Notes: generated by a model from the sequence alone, not told the origin. 63,006 nt of DNA, filler included, from Basidiobolus ranarum (GCA_040143965.1; 39 parts of 39 records of this genome joined end to end with filler, not necessarily neighbours in it), one strand, 5' to 3'; counted from the first letter of the whole stretch, positions 25,964-39,684 are shown. Numbers and translations: made by a program.

Positions 25964-26074
25964 GAATCTCACAGTGACAAGATCAATCTTGTTGAATTGA
26001 TGATGGACTGGTTGGATGCTCCTGAGAACTTGGTCAAGCAAGCTGAGGCTTCTGCTGCTCTTAACCGTTCTTAA
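25964..26074 (+). CDS. PDC: Pyruvate decarboxylase, 3' end (copy 1)
   Basis: DKINLVELMMDWLDAPENLVKQAEASAALNRS*, matching the fungal PDC C-terminal DAP.NLV.QA motif. Confidence 0.85.
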   Translation, partial: ESHSDKINLVELMMDWLDAPENLVKQAEASAALNRS

Positions 26075-27248
26075 TTTGCGCAACCTCTTAGATTACATTT
26101 TAGACTGATAGATTTACAAATAGGCATTTTTCACATAGAGCTGGTATAATAAATAATTATTATCAGTATGATTTAAAAAAACTATAATTTTGTGTTCATT
26201 ATTGACATGTAACTACATTTAGAATTTTTGTTAATATCTTATCATTGCTTGTAATTTATATGGCATGTGACGGAATTTTCGTGGTCAAGGTGTATATTTA
26301 AATTACTTCAAAATACCACATCGCTGCAATGAAGGTGGGGAATTTAGAAAAAATTTGAGGGTATTCCATACTGCTCTATCGGTTCAAAACGTAATGTACT
26401 GGAACTATACGTTAAGTTTATAATTTATGATCATTAAAATTACTCTAATTCAATCCTATTTGTGAGTTTTGCGAGTTTATTATTGAAACCAAAATATACA
26501 TAGGAATTGGCCAGTGACCCTCAGCGGCGTGGAGATCAGTGTGGCAAACACCGGTGTATTCCATCTTGACGAGAACGCCATCAGGTCCAGTAGGGACGGA
26601 GATAGTCTTGATCTCAACGGGTTTCTCGTGAGATTCAATGACAGAGGCTTTTTGAGTCTTGGGAATTTGACATATTGGAAAATATTGGAATGCTTTACCT
26701 GATGTTTCACCAATATTTCATATAGTTTACAAGTTTAGCGTCATTACTACTGAGTTCTATAATGTCCTCCCGCCTCAACAGACACCATCCACAATACTGC
26801 TTAATGATATTCACTTCAAATCTAGAATTCACTTCCGATCCGAATAATACCTATTGGGTAAAAAATACTTAATATAAATGGTTTAGATTAATGAAATATC
26901 GCGCAAACGTTGAAGCTACAAGTTTTGAGAACAAATTCTAGAATCAACCGATTGTTTATGATATTTCACTATATATTCCAGGATTGCTTTATTTAGATGC
27001 TAGTGCTCAAAGCGGTCGAATAGTCAAGTATTTGAGGAAATTAAAAAAACACATGAAATCAAGTTCCATATTTAGGATGAAGGAAAGATATTTACTATTC
27101 TTGGCCAATAACATCAATGAGGATTTCCTATTAGATTTGGCACAATAATTATCGATAACCGCAGAGGGCGAATTGGAAATATAAAAGCTTCCAAGAAGTT
27201 ATTCAAATTCAAGTCAATAGCGTAATTCACTATTTCAAAATACCAACA

Positions 27249-27464
27249 ATGGAGTCCAACACTCAGACCATGACTGTCAGTCAATACTTGATCCGTCGTT
27301 TGAAGGAAATCGGTATTGACGATATGTTCTCCGTTCCCGGTGATTTCAACTTGGTCTTCTTGGACCGTGTCCAAGATTCCGGTCTCATCAACCTCATTGG
27401 TGACTGTAACGAATTGAATGCCTCTTATGCTGCCGATGGTTATGCTAGAGTCAAGGGTGTCGGT
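27249..27464 (+). CDS. PDC: Pyruvate decarboxylase, exon 1 (copy 2)
   Basis: TVSQYLIRRLKEIG..MFSVPGDFNLVFLD...CNELNASYAADGYARVKG; GTAAGT donor at 27465; TATAAAA about 70 nt upstream. Confidence 0.95.
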
Positions 27465-27744
27465 GTAAGTATTAAGACGTTTNNNNNNNNNNNNNNNNNN
27501 NNNNNNNNNNNNNNNNNNNNNNNNNNTTAATTAATTAANNNNNNNNNNNNNNNNNNNNNNNNNNNNNNNNNNNNNNNNNNNNCAATTAGGGCAATAAACA
27601 CACATTTTTGAATAACAGAATTGAGTGCTAAATAATCAGAATATGAATAAACTAACTACTTAATAATGAGTTGCTATTTACCTAATTTCAACAACTATTT
27701 GGTGAATCAATATCAGTGCACATGTTGAAATCTGACCATGCTTT

Positions 27745-28300
27745 TGACAGTAAAATCATGGAGTTTAGTGTTGTATTTGGATAGTAGTAAAACACATGCC
27801 TGATAGAGTAAAATCCATTGATTCAACAAAATCTGTTGCAAGATATTGCATTGTGCCTGCAAAAACCTCCAAGTTTACTGATGGCAGAAGTGTCAGCAAC
27901 ACATGCAAAGATATAAACTTTAATAAAGCCCTCACCTATCTGAACCACATTAGATATCATTTTTAATTATCCAATCAAAGGCTCCAAGAAGCTATATACA
28001 AGCACTAGTGATTTAGGTCCAGATATTGTAGATAGTATTAAAGGATTATGACTCTAATACAGCTCAGGAGTAAAAGGATGTAAGTAGGTGAAAATTATTA
28101 GCTGGTAAGCCTTTCTAAAGGTATATTTATTAGTGAGAAACCTTCCACAGCTTATGCAAATTCATGGTCATATGAGTTCATCAAATAACCATGACTTTTC
28201 AGATTCTATTAGTGATATCCATCAAGCATATTGGTAACTCCATCTGCTTTATGGTGAGTATTTTGGTATTGGATCAATGTTCTATATTTAGGTTATTTAA
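27745..28300 (-). mobile_element. Diverged CACTA transposase fragment
   Basis: Homologous to 36780-37140 and 58271-58490. Confidence 0.75.
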
Positions 28301-29201
28301 ACATTTGTGTTGCAACACAAGAAGGTAATTAAAGAAAAAGGAACACTGCCTGTGTAAGGGTGGTATTTTAGATATATGTACTTAATATCATCAGCAGATT
28401 CTGAGATTGTATCACAGATGAGTCATCCAGGGATTTACAATCTATTGCTGGTGATGGATGCAATCTTGGTTCATAATAAGCTGTTTCTAACAAATTTCAT
28501 TACCACATGTTTGCAATCTGAAAATTAAAATGTCATGTAAAAAGCATGCTAAATATTAATCAACATGAGCTTCCAAGCAAGAGCCAGCTGGCACAAAAGG
28601 AAAAAAACCAGTAGGAACAGAAAACCTGATACATGAGCAGTCTGTAGATCCACTATGCCTTTTGGAAGGTGTTAACATGCCAGAAACTAACTCAAGTAAA
28701 TATGAAGCATTCATCAATTTACCAGATATTTCCTTTCCAGCAATAGTGCAAGTTGGAGATTGTACTGCCCTAATTGCATAGTAAGTCAATAGTTGAGCAA
28801 AGTTGAAGAAAATGCTGTCAAGACCATCAACTTCCAAACTGGCAACTTGCCCACTATTGAACGACCCTCTGTAGAAAATTTGGATAGAATTATTACAACA
28901 AGGGAATTGCAGGCAGAACACTCTAATGCTTTGTATGCAATCATAAGTAAAAACTTGCAAGTTGCTTTACAGGCCATTAGAAGCAATAACACCACCATAT
29001 TGCAATAAATGCAGCATTTTGAAGTATGTTATCAACAGTCAAAGAGTCAATCAACAATGATACAAGAACTTCTGAATGCTGTACTTGAGCTACAGCAACA
29101 TNNNNNNNNNNNNNNNNNNNNNNNNNNNNNNNNNNNNNNNNNNNNTTAATTAATTAANNNNNNNNNNNNNNNNNNNNNNNNNNNNNNNNNNNNNNNNNNN
29201 N

Positions 29202-30719
29202 ATCTAGTTTGAAGCAAAATAATGCAGAACAGGCATTTTTTGGAGCTGTAATATATCCAACAGGCTTCAATAATGGTGGCCCTGATAGGAAAGCAATCAT
29301 CTGCCAGTAATGCAAAAAACCAGGCCATTTAATCAAAGATTGCAGCAAAAGGACTTTGCCAAATAGCTAAAATTGGAACCAGCAAATCAACCCATCCAAA
29401 CAAGAGTAGTCTACTTAGGTGATGACTATGCACTAGAGGCAGTGGGTAAGGGCACAGTTGTGCTCAAATTAGTACAGAATTCAGCTACACCATCTGCAAA
29501 ATTGGATGATGTACTCTGTGTACCAAATATAGCCATGAATCTAATTACAGTAAGCCAAGCAACAACCCAAGGACTAAATTTCATGCATAGCAAAGCTGGA
29601 TGTGCTAGCACGGATCAGAAAAATACCAAATTATCTACTGGGATCAGAACCCATAACTTATACAAGCTTGAAATCAACAAATTGCATTCAGAGCATGCAA
29701 ACTTGGCCAAAACCAGTGTAATAAGCTATCAAATGTGGCATAGAATCTTAGGCCACATTGGGGAACAAAGACTGACCCAAATGCTCCAAAATCAGCTTGC
29801 TTCAGGCCTAGATACTAAAACATCACAACATTGGCTATGTGTGAAGGTTGGATATATGGAAAACTTCATAGACAGCTATTTTCAAGCTGTGGAGAGATCA
29901 AAACCACTCAGAATTCTGCCCTGGCTTATTCTGACCTATGTGGGCTCCCAAAAACAACTCACTTGGTGAAAAAAGATACTTGGTGAGCTTTGTTGATGAC
30001 AAAACAAGTTACACTTAGGTATATTTTCAAATAAAACTCTGAAGCCTTAGCTATGTTCAAGGCCTACAAAGCAATGGTTGAGAACAAATGAGCATTAAAT
30101 ACAAGGGTACTATGGAGTGACACTGTTGGAAATATAGCTCAAAAGACTCTGCTAGTTGTTGTTCCAAACACTGAATTAAACAACAAACTACTGTACCTTA
30201 CTCTCCACAGCAAGATGAAGTTGTAGAGCATGCTAATAGTACCTTTGTGGAGAAGGTTAGATCAATGTTACATGATCTAAAATTAGATTACCAATATTGT
30301 GCTGAATCTGTCTCCACTGCAATCTATATCAAAAACAGACACCCAACAAGATTGCTACAAAATTGTACTCCATTTGAAGCCCTATATTGATCAAAATTAA
30401 GTGTGGATCTTCTCAGGATCTTTGGTTGCACAGCATATTGCTTAATTCCAGCTCAAAATGCTCTAAATTGAACCTAAATGCAGATAATGCATATTTCTTG
30501 GTTACTGTGATGAATCTAAGGCCTGCAGACTGATCAATACCAAAAATCATAAGTTAATGATGTGCAGAAATGTAATTTTTGATGAATAAGCAAGTTTTTT
30601 GCTTCAAATCCCAGTGCTTAATCAAGAAAACACAATCAGCACTATTCAGGAAGTGTCTGACAAAATGCCAGCTGTATCTGGGCCCTATTTCTAAATGGAA
30701 ATCTAGAGGAACAGATTTG
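29202..30719 (+). mobile_element. Copia gag-pol fragment (knuckle, pre-integrase, integrase core), degenerate
   Basis: C..CKKPGHLIKDC, WHRILGHIG, FVDD, TVPYSPQQ, LRIFGC.AY, CIFLGY. Confidence 0.92.
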
Positions 30720-30819
30720 NNNNNNNNNNNNNNNNNNNNNNNNNNNNNNNNNNNNNNNNNNNNTTAATTAATTAANNNNNNNNNNNNNNNNNNNNNNNNN
30801 NNNNNNNNNNNNNNNNNNN

Positions 30820-32240
30820 TTCTTAGTCTAATTTTGATCTCTTGTGATCCAGAATCAGTGCATATGTGGTACTTCCAAAAACTCTGAGATCAGCTACAGC
30901 AACTGGACTTCCAAACCAAGCATGATAAGGTGTCATAGCCAATAGAAACCTAGAAGGACAACCATTCCTAAAATACACTGTAGTTGCAACTAATGCAGCC
31001 CAGAATTGTTTTGGTATATCTTGATTGTGAAGCATTAAACTTGACTTTACAATATTGATTTGTTTCCATGTTCTGCTACTTCATTTTGCTGTAGGGAATA
31101 TCGCACTGTAGTCTGCTGTTTTAACCCATGTGTTGAACAAAAGTTAGAGAGGAGTTTTGAGGTATATTCCCCTCCATTAGCAGTGCAGATAATCTTAATC
31201 TGGAGACCTGTTTCAGTCTTCACCATTGCTTTGAATCTCTTGAAGATATCAAAGGCTTCATCCTTTATTTTGCTTAACTCCAGAAGCTATGAGATTCCCT
31301 TTTTGATCCATGATTGCACAGCCATTATGATCAAAATCAAATCTATATCCCTTAGATATAGCTTTGCTCACTGATAACAATTTTTTTGCTATCCCAGGCA
31401 CATATAACATGTCTTCCAATGTCAAAAACATGTTCCCAGATATGCACCAAAGATCCACTTCAATTTCTCCCACTCCCAGAGCTTTTAGCAGCATGTTATC
31501 TCCCATATAAACCTTCTTGTTCATGTCAGTTTTGAGTGTTTTAAATCATTTTTTTTTATTAGAGAAATTTTGAGAGGCTCCATATTCAATATAGTGACCT
31601 AGAATCTTGTTCAGAGGTTGCTGATAGGGCACAAAAGAAAAAAAACTCTCTCTTTGGTTGAAGCCTGATTGGGTTGTGCTGACTTCTCATTTTTGTGATG
31701 ATTTCTTGATTTGCAGTCTTTTAACTAGTATCCTGGTTTGTTACAGCCATAGCATAAACCTGGTTTCCTGCTTCTGCAACCTTTGAACTTGCCAAAGCTA
31801 TGTTTTCAGGCTCCATAAAGAGCAACTTCCTCAGATTCTTTTTCTAAGCTCTTACTTCTGGGGTGTTGATCCATTAGCCATGCCACCACAAACTCCAAAG
31901 ACAACTTTTTGGACCTTGCTTCCAAAATTGTGACCAAGTTGGAATACTGTTCTGGTAGACGGATTAAAAGATACATAATGACATCTTCTTCCTATAATGT
32001 TGCATTAATATTTTCCAGTTGTTTTGCCAGAGATCTCACATTTGCAATACAAGCAACCATGCTTTCAGACTTTTCCATCTCTATATTGAAGAATTTTTGT
32101 CAAAGAAAGAATCTATTAGCAAGACTCTTTGGTTCATAACACTCTTCCTATATAGTCCAGGCTTGATGGGAAGTTTTTGCATATTGAATATTCACAAGTT
32201 GTGAATCCTTCAAACTTTGACAAATGATGTTAAATACTGG
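30820..32240 (-). mobile_element. Copia gag-protease-integrase, internally deleted
   Basis: Homologous to 48960-49920; integrase DLRVFGS and TDNGGEY-like region. Confidence 0.9.
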
Positions 32241-32639
32241 GAAATTATGGGCTGTTTGGAGGAACCTTAGAAAAGTGGAGTTGTGAATAGCTTTGTGAGA
32301 TAATTTTTTATTGTCCAGAAATAAAGCATTTATACTTNNNNNNNNNNNNNNNNNNNNNNNNNNNNNNNNNNNNNNNNNNNNTTAATTAATTAANNNNNNN
32401 NNNNNNNNNNNNNNNNNNNNNNNNNNNNNNNNNNNNNACAACACCTCCTACTTAAGGGGGGTAATTTAGGTATAGCCCATCAATATCATCAGCTCATTCT
32501 GAGACAGTGTCACAGATGAGTCATCAGGTGATTTAAAAGATATTTCCAGAAATGAACGGCAACTTTGGTTTCATATTGGCTCTTTCTGAGCACTTTCATT
32601 ACATCAAGTTTACCATCTGAAAATTGCTATCACATTCAA

Positions 32640-33954
32640 AAAACATTCAAAAACTCAATCAAAATTGGTTTTCAGGCCAAACCCTGCTGGCACAAAAGGA
32701 AAAAAAACCTGCAAGGACAGAGGACTTGATTGATTAGCAGTCTAGCAATCCACTATTCACTATCCACTTTGGAAGGCATCAACATGCCAGAAACTGACTC
32801 AAGCAATGAAGAAGCATTAGTCAATTTAATAGGTCTGTTCCTTTTGGGCAATAGTGCAAGTGAAGAGATTGTTATCCCCCAAGCACATAGTGAATCAATA
32901 GTTGAGCAAAGTTCAACCAAAATACCAACAAGACCATTAACTTCCAAAATGGCCACTTTGCTCACTATTGGACAACCTTCCATAGAAAATTTGGATAGAA
33001 TTATTGCAACAATGGTATTGCAGGACAAACACCATAATGATTTCTGAGCAATCATTAGTAAAAACTATGAAGTTGCTATACAGGCCATGACAAGCAATAT
33101 TGCAATTAATGCAGCTTTTGGAAGCAACTAGTCAACAGTCAGAGAGTCACTCAACATTGATACAAGACCTTCCAAATGCTGTAACTGAGCTACAGCAACA
33201 TGCTGCTCCCTCCATCCATTCTCATATGGGATTTGAATCAATCCCACACCATACATATGAATGCCACCATGACAATATAGCAGAGAAGAATACGTGTTGG
33301 GACATTAAGCCTACACAACAACCCAAAGTTGCTTAGGCACAAGATAGTGGAAATCCAATTAGAAAACTGGCAAATCAAAAGACTCTGAATGTCAGAGCTG
33401 CCGCACTTGCTCTGATAATGAGTGGTTTAACATTTCAGAAACTGTGCCAAATCTTGCCTGAAATCACCTGGATTTAAGCCAATTGTGGACAAACCAAAAA
33501 CCAGGCATGACTCTGAAGGTTCTTGACTTATTTCATGTGGCTTATCTTGGGTTTCTCAAACAAATGGCAATTGGGCTAGTATTGGCCTATTCATGAAACA
33601 TCTCAAATATTTACACACTTATTGACTTGGAAAAGAAAGAAAAGCAGCTTGAGAAGTACTGAAGGAGCAGGAAGTTAGTAAACCCAAGGGAAAAGCAAAG
33701 GAGTCAGTGAGCTTAGGCTCTACTGTCCCACTTACCAAATTCTCCAAACCATTACAAAGATCTGCATTTCCAGAGACAGATTTAATGGCAAACCAGGTTA
33801 ATTTAACAATAGAACTGGGTACACTATATGGAAGAGTGCTAAATTTAGAAGTTTATCCAACACCTGGCACCTCTCAACATGCCAAAACACCTGCAAATAA
33901 AACTCATGGCTCTCCAACCTCAACTGTTACTTTTCAAAGTGTTGGAATTAGCCC
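32640..33954 (+). mobile_element. Degenerate repeated ORF family of unknown function
   Basis: MPET.SS..EAL.NL...TI.QPS.ENLDRII is repeated at 1930-2340 and 28590-29101; CpG-depleted like the TEs. Confidence 0.55.
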
Positions 33955-34054
33955 NNNNNNNNNNNNNNNNNNNNNNNNNNNNNNNNNNNNNNNNNNNNTT
34001 AATTAATTAANNNNNNNNNNNNNNNNNNNNNNNNNNNNNNNNNNNNNNNNNNNN

Positions 34055-34173
34055 AGACTAAGATCTTTATCATCCTCTATACTGTCTATGGTCATATCTA
34101 CGAGTTGGCCAAGTCAGTCAAGAAGGGAATCGAGAAGAGTGGCAATATTGAGGTCACTATCTACCGGAATTGA
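34055..34173 (+). pseudogene. Flavodoxin-like quinone oxidoreductase (WrbA/Pst2 family), N-terminal fragment
   Basis: TKIFIILYTVYGHIYELAKSVKKGIEKSGNIEVTIYRN*; no splice donor where the similarity ends. Confidence 0.7.
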
Positions 34174-35671
34174 GATATTCAGATCTTAAACTTGATAGAA
34201 TGAAACTACTTAGAAACAATTTTTAATAAACCAAAAATCCGTTAATAAGAAGAAGATGAAGAAAAAGACAACAGCTTTGTTATGGATTCTTTGCTATTGT
34301 CAGGCATTAGTCTACTCATAACACTTGCAGTAAAGGAAGCAGCTAAGTTTATTGAGAAGTAGAGAGATCAATCCAATCTTAGTAACCATATATTTATTGG
34401 TTATCTTATACTTTTACCACATTTGATGGGCAACTGTAGCTTGCCACAGACCTGGTACAAGTGGAAAACACTTGTCAATCATATGACTTACAATCCTTCA
34501 GTAATTAAACTACCTTCATCTCCAAATGGTTGTTTGGCTTTCACTAGTAATCCAAAAACCTGAAGTCCTATACTGTTTGCACACAATTGGCAATCATGGA
34601 ATCAGGTAAGTATGTTTCATTTTTGGAATGCACATCATTGATTCTTTGTCTTAGAGTTTTGATGAAATAACCCATATATATCCCTAACAGAAATGTGAGG
34701 ATTGTTATTGTAGGAATACCAGCACAATTTTAATACATTGTGGATTGACCATTTACTTACAATCATAAAATTGTCAAGTTATATTTAATTTCAATCACTT
34801 TTTCAGTTTCAAGAGTGAATTTTGAAGTTGTTGCATAATAGTTACACATGATTGGCTACAATCCCAGAGAACTTTATATTAACATATATGCAAAAACTGT
34901 ATCTCAAATTTTACCCATTTACCACTTGAACGCTAATCCCTAAAAGAAATTGGAGGATTGTTATTGTAGGAAATCCATCACAATTTTATTTCATTTTGGG
35001 TTGACTCTTTGTTTACCATTACAAAATCATCAAGGTAGATTTGATTTTAATCAATTTTTTGAGTTTCAGGAGTTAAATTTTGAGTTCATGCAAAATAGTT
35101 GCACGAGATTGGCTACAATCTCAGAGAAATATGGATTAACCACATGTGCAAAAAATGTAACTCAAATGTTACAAATTTACCACTTCAATGCTAATTTGTT
35201 ACCTTTGACCCCAACAAAAAAAATCAACTTGATCCGTATTAGATCATCCCTTCTAAAGTGCAAAACCATCAGAGAACCATCACAATATTGGTGGCTTGCA
35301 TTCTGCCAGGGATTTTGATGGTGTTAAGGTGGTTTCTTGATAGTATTTTGACAGTATTCATACATGTCAAAATATTGATTCTCATATTTGATAAAAGTGT
35401 TTAGGGGATTTGGAAGTGTTTTGGACAAGATTTGGATTTGTGAATTAGACACTTAAGTTTTATTGCAATGAATATGTCCTATTTATAGTTTACTATGAAA
35501 TAGGACTATTGGACGTGCTTAGATCATAACAAACATGCCTGTTAAGCATGGGTGAAAATTTGAGGTGATTTNNNNNNNNNNNNNNNNNNNNNNNNNNNNN
35601 NNNNNNNNNNNNNNNTTAATTAATTAANNNNNNNNNNNNNNNNNNNNNNNNNNNNNNNNNNNNNNNNNNNN

Positions 35672-37140
35672 ATAGTTTGCCTCAAAGTTTTGGTAACACT
35701 GCCAAAAGTCAAGATACTGTGGAGATACCACAGTTATATGACCAGAATGATGTAGGTCCAAATGCAACTTTGGTCAAACCAGTAAGTCCAGACAACTTTA
35801 AGGACTTGCTGCTAGATGTTGACCTTGGTTATTCCAGTACCAATAGTAGTATATCAGAAGTTGAAGAAGAAGATGATGGTTTTGTTATGGACTCTTTGTT
35901 ATTGGCAAACATTAGTCCACTCATAACACTTGCTGTAAAGGAAGTGTCACAATTCTGATCTTGGCATGCTGATACACTACAAATAGAACTCCTCTATTAT
36001 GAGATTATGACATCATATCTGCTGTGCAATCTCTTCTTGGCAATCTTGTTTTAGTTTATCCATATTACCTTATACCAAAGTCATGTTCTTTGGAACATTC
36101 CATGAAACCTAACCACTCATGTCATCTCTCACATGGTGTATTGAAGGTCACCTGATCATCCTTACATCATCCCTCTTGGTATTGGTCCTTGTAGTCCCCA
36201 ATGCCCTGACTCTTGAACTTGCCACAGTATATTTCTTATTAAGTATATTATGTTTCACCTTGCAATATCTATATAAGCCCCATGTATTCCTTGATCAGAC
36301 CTCAGTCTGATCAATGCCAGTTATTAATAAAGATTCTTGCCAAAGTATCTTACTTGTCCAGTCTTGTCTTGTCTTGTCTTGTGATCTACACCCAAGTACT
36401 CTCCTGTCTTCTAGCCTCATGTTGTTGTTCCCAGTCCTTGTCCAGTTCCTTATTGTGACAGGAAGCAGCTTTGATTATTGAGGAGTGGAGAGTTCAATCC
36501 AATCTTAGCAACCAGGTGTTTATTGGTTTTCTTACATTATACCACAGTTGATTGGCAACTTTTGCTTGGCACAGACCTGTTACAAGTGGAAAACACATGT
36601 CAATTGTATGACTTATAGTCCTTCAGTAATTAAACTACCTTCATATCCAAATGGTTGTTTGGCTTTCACAGGTGATCTGAAAAACCTGAAGTCATGTACT
36701 GTTTATACACAATTAGCAATCACTAAATCAGGTAAATATTGTTCATATTTGGCTTATATATGTTGATTCCCCATCTTAAAGTTTCAATGAAATCACACAA
36801 ATATAGATCATTGATCCAATACCAAAGTACTCACCACAAAGCTGATGGTATTACTAATATACTTGATGGATATCACTACCAGAATCTGAAAAGTCAAGGT
36901 TTCTTTGAGAACACATATCATCATGCTTTTGCATTGGCTCTGGATGGTTTCTCACTAAACAAATATACCATTGGAAAGGCTTGCTGGCCAATAAATTTAA
37001 TCAACTTAAATCTTCCTCATTCTCAATGGTATAAGAGTCATAATATTTTGATACTATCCATCATATCTGGACCTAAATCCCCAGTACTTATAGATAGCTT
37101 CTTGGAGCCTTTGATTGCGGAATTTGAATGGTTATCTAAT
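35672..37140 (+). mobile_element. CACTA/En-Spm transposase (Transposase_21/Tnp2-like), interrupted by a solo LTR
   Basis: LALDGF...CWPINLINLNLP..WYK..NILILSIISGPKSP..IDSFLEPLIAE; upstream PNGC..F..C..C zinc motif. Confidence 0.9.
35945..36460 (+). repeat. Solo LTR family D with 5-bp target-site duplication GGAAG
   Basis: GGAAG|TGTCA...TGACA|GGAAG; the empty site GTAAAGGAAGCAGCTTTG is seen at ~51271. Confidence 0.93.
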
Positions 37141-37795
37141 TGGGATCATTTCTGCCTGATAAGTATTGGCAACATTGAGAGTTGTTTGNNNNNNNNNNNN
37201 NNNNNNNNNNNNNNNNNNNNNNNNNNNNNNNNTTAATTAATTAANNNNNNNNNNNNNNNNNNNNNNNNNNNNNNNNNNNNNNNNNNNNTATGAATACCAT
37301 GAGAGTATTCCCAAGAAACCGCCATCACACCATCAAAATCCCTGGCAGAATGCAAGCCACCAATATTGTGAAGGTTACCTGACAGTTTTGCTCTTTTGGA
37401 GGGTGGATCCAATTGGGATCAAATTAATTTTATTTTTGTTAGGGCCCACTGAAGAACTTTTGATACCCGCAGTAGAGTACATGCAAGCATCACAAATAAC
37501 AAAGTAGGCTATGTTTTCAAGGAAACTGTTGAAAGACTGGAGCATTTCTTTGGGGAAAATATGGGCTGTTTGGAGGAACTTTAGAAAAGTGGAGTTGTGA
37601 ATAGCTTTTGTGTGATAATTATTTATTGTCGAGAAATAAAGCATTTACACATTTGGGTGGAAATACAAAAAACTAACACTGGAGTTGTATTCAGAACATC
37701 TGTGGGAGTAAGATGAGCTACATTTGGGGCAATTTGGATGAGTTTGAAATTTCCAAAATGGAATTGCTAATTCTCACATTATTCACATATATATA

Positions 37796-37977
37796 GGACT
37801 TGTTCCATTGTGCCAGGATTTATCGGACCTTGGATCAACATATTACAGTAAATGTCATTGAAATTGATCATGCCAGAGGGTGCTGGATAGTGCCAGATTG
37901 TGCCGCATAAATTTTAGAATACTTTATCCAATATGATTTATACAGCACAATCTGGCACTGTCACAGAGAACAAGTCC
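37796..37977. mobile_element. 182-bp MITE, copy 2, inside LTR A
   Basis: Perfect 10-bp TIR GGACTTGTTC/GAACAAGTCC, flanked by ATA. Confidence 0.9.
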
Positions 37978-38113
37978 ATATAATATATGCTCTGATTTGC
38001 AGTTAAGTTATATTTGACTAAGTAATGTTAACTAGCATATATGTACATATAGGAAATAGTTAGGTGTATAAGGATAAAGATAAAAAATATCATAAAAACA
38101 ATAAACTTCAATA

Positions 38114-38804
38114 CTCCCACTCAACTAAATATTGATATAACTTAATCCTAACTTAAATCTTAATTCTTTCATTTTGGTTTGGGTACTAGTTTGGTAAGGA
38201 TGTTGGTAATCCTGTTGTTAGTTGGACAGTACTCCAGCAGATTTGCTTATTCTCAATAGCTTCCCTAACAAAGTGATGTTCAATGTCATTGTGCTTACTT
38301 CTAGCATGAAATTTGGGATTTTCAGCTAAAGAAATACAACTTTGATTATCCTTGAAATTTATGGTGGGTGAACTTTAAACAATGCCCAAGTTTTTGAACA
38401 GCTTCCTTAACCACATAGCCTCCTTTGTTGTATGTTATGCTGTCATGTACTCTGCTTCAGTTGTTGAAAGTGCTACAGTGGGTTGTTTCTTGCTTTTCCA
38501 AAGTATACTTGGGTGTCCTTTCTGGCTAGTAAGGATGAAGCCTTTGATACCTTCAAGAAGCTCAGAGCAATGGTGGAGACTGAAGCAGGTCTAAAGATTA
38601 AGATTATCCATACTGATAATGGAGGGGAATATACCTCAAAACTCTTCTCTAACTTCTGCTCAACACATGGGATAAAACAGCAGACTACAGTGCCATATTC
38701 TCCACAGCAGAATGGAGTAGCAGAATGTGCAAACAGATCAATAATGGAAAAGGCAAGATCAATGCTTCATGATCAAGATTTACCAAAACAGTTCTGGGCT
38801 GAAT
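38114..38804. mobile_element. Copia RNase H (-) fused to Copia integrase core (+)
   Basis: KFHARSKH on the - strand; HTDNGGEY and PYSPQQNGVAE.ANR on the + strand. Confidence 0.88.
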
Positions 38805-38904
38805 NNNNNNNNNNNNNNNNNNNNNNNNNNNNNNNNNNNNNNNNNNNNTTAATTAATTAANNNNNNNNNNNNNNNNNNNNNNNNNNNNNNNNNNNNNNNN
38901 NNNN

Positions 38905-39443
38905 CTAAAGCTGTGACCAAGTTTGAATACTGTTCTGTTAGATTACTTAGAAGAGTCATAATGATATCTTCTTCCTGTAAAGTTGCTTCCATATTTTCCA
39001 GTTGTTTTGCCTGAGATCTAACATTGCAATATTAGTAACCATGCTTTCAGACTTTTCCATCATTATATTGAAGAATTTTTGTCTGAGAAAGAATCTATTA
39101 TCATGACTCTTTACTTCATTACACTCTTCCAATATAGTTGAAGCTTGATGGGAAGCCTTTGCATATTGAATATTCCCATGTTGTGAATCCTTCAAACTTT
39201 GATAAATGACATTAAAGGCCTTTGTGTCTCTTTTCTTGTAAGTTTCTATTAAAGAAGGGTCAGAAGGTTCTTTTTTGTCTCTTTAGACTACATCCCTGAG
39301 CTACCTGTCTTCCAGCATGATATGCATGTTGAATTTCCATAAATTGAAATTTTCTTCATCAAGCTTTTCAACACTTGAGTTAATAAAAGTGGTAGTAGTG
39401 GCTTCTGTCATGCTGTAAAGGTTAGAACAATGGGCTCATAACC
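38905..39443 (-). mobile_element. Copia PBS and gag 5' end
   Basis: GGTTATGAGCCCA follows the LTR; same gag as 48756. Confidence 0.9.
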
Positions 39444-39684
39444 TGTTGGGAAAATATGGGCTGTTCGGAGGAACTTCAGAAAAGTGGTGTTTTGAATAGC
39501 TTTGTTAGATAATTATTGAATGTCCAGATATAAAGCATTTATACATTTTTGGCGGAAATAGAGAAAACTAACACTGGGGTGGTGTTCAGAACATATGTGG
39601 GAGTAATATGAGCTATTTTTGGGGCAATTTAGCTAAATTTGAAATTTTCAATATGGAATTGCTAATCTTCCCATAATTCACATA

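Noticed and set aside
26480-26713. Short ORFs in the PDC intergenic region
   Set aside because: No family resemblance; more likely promoter sequence
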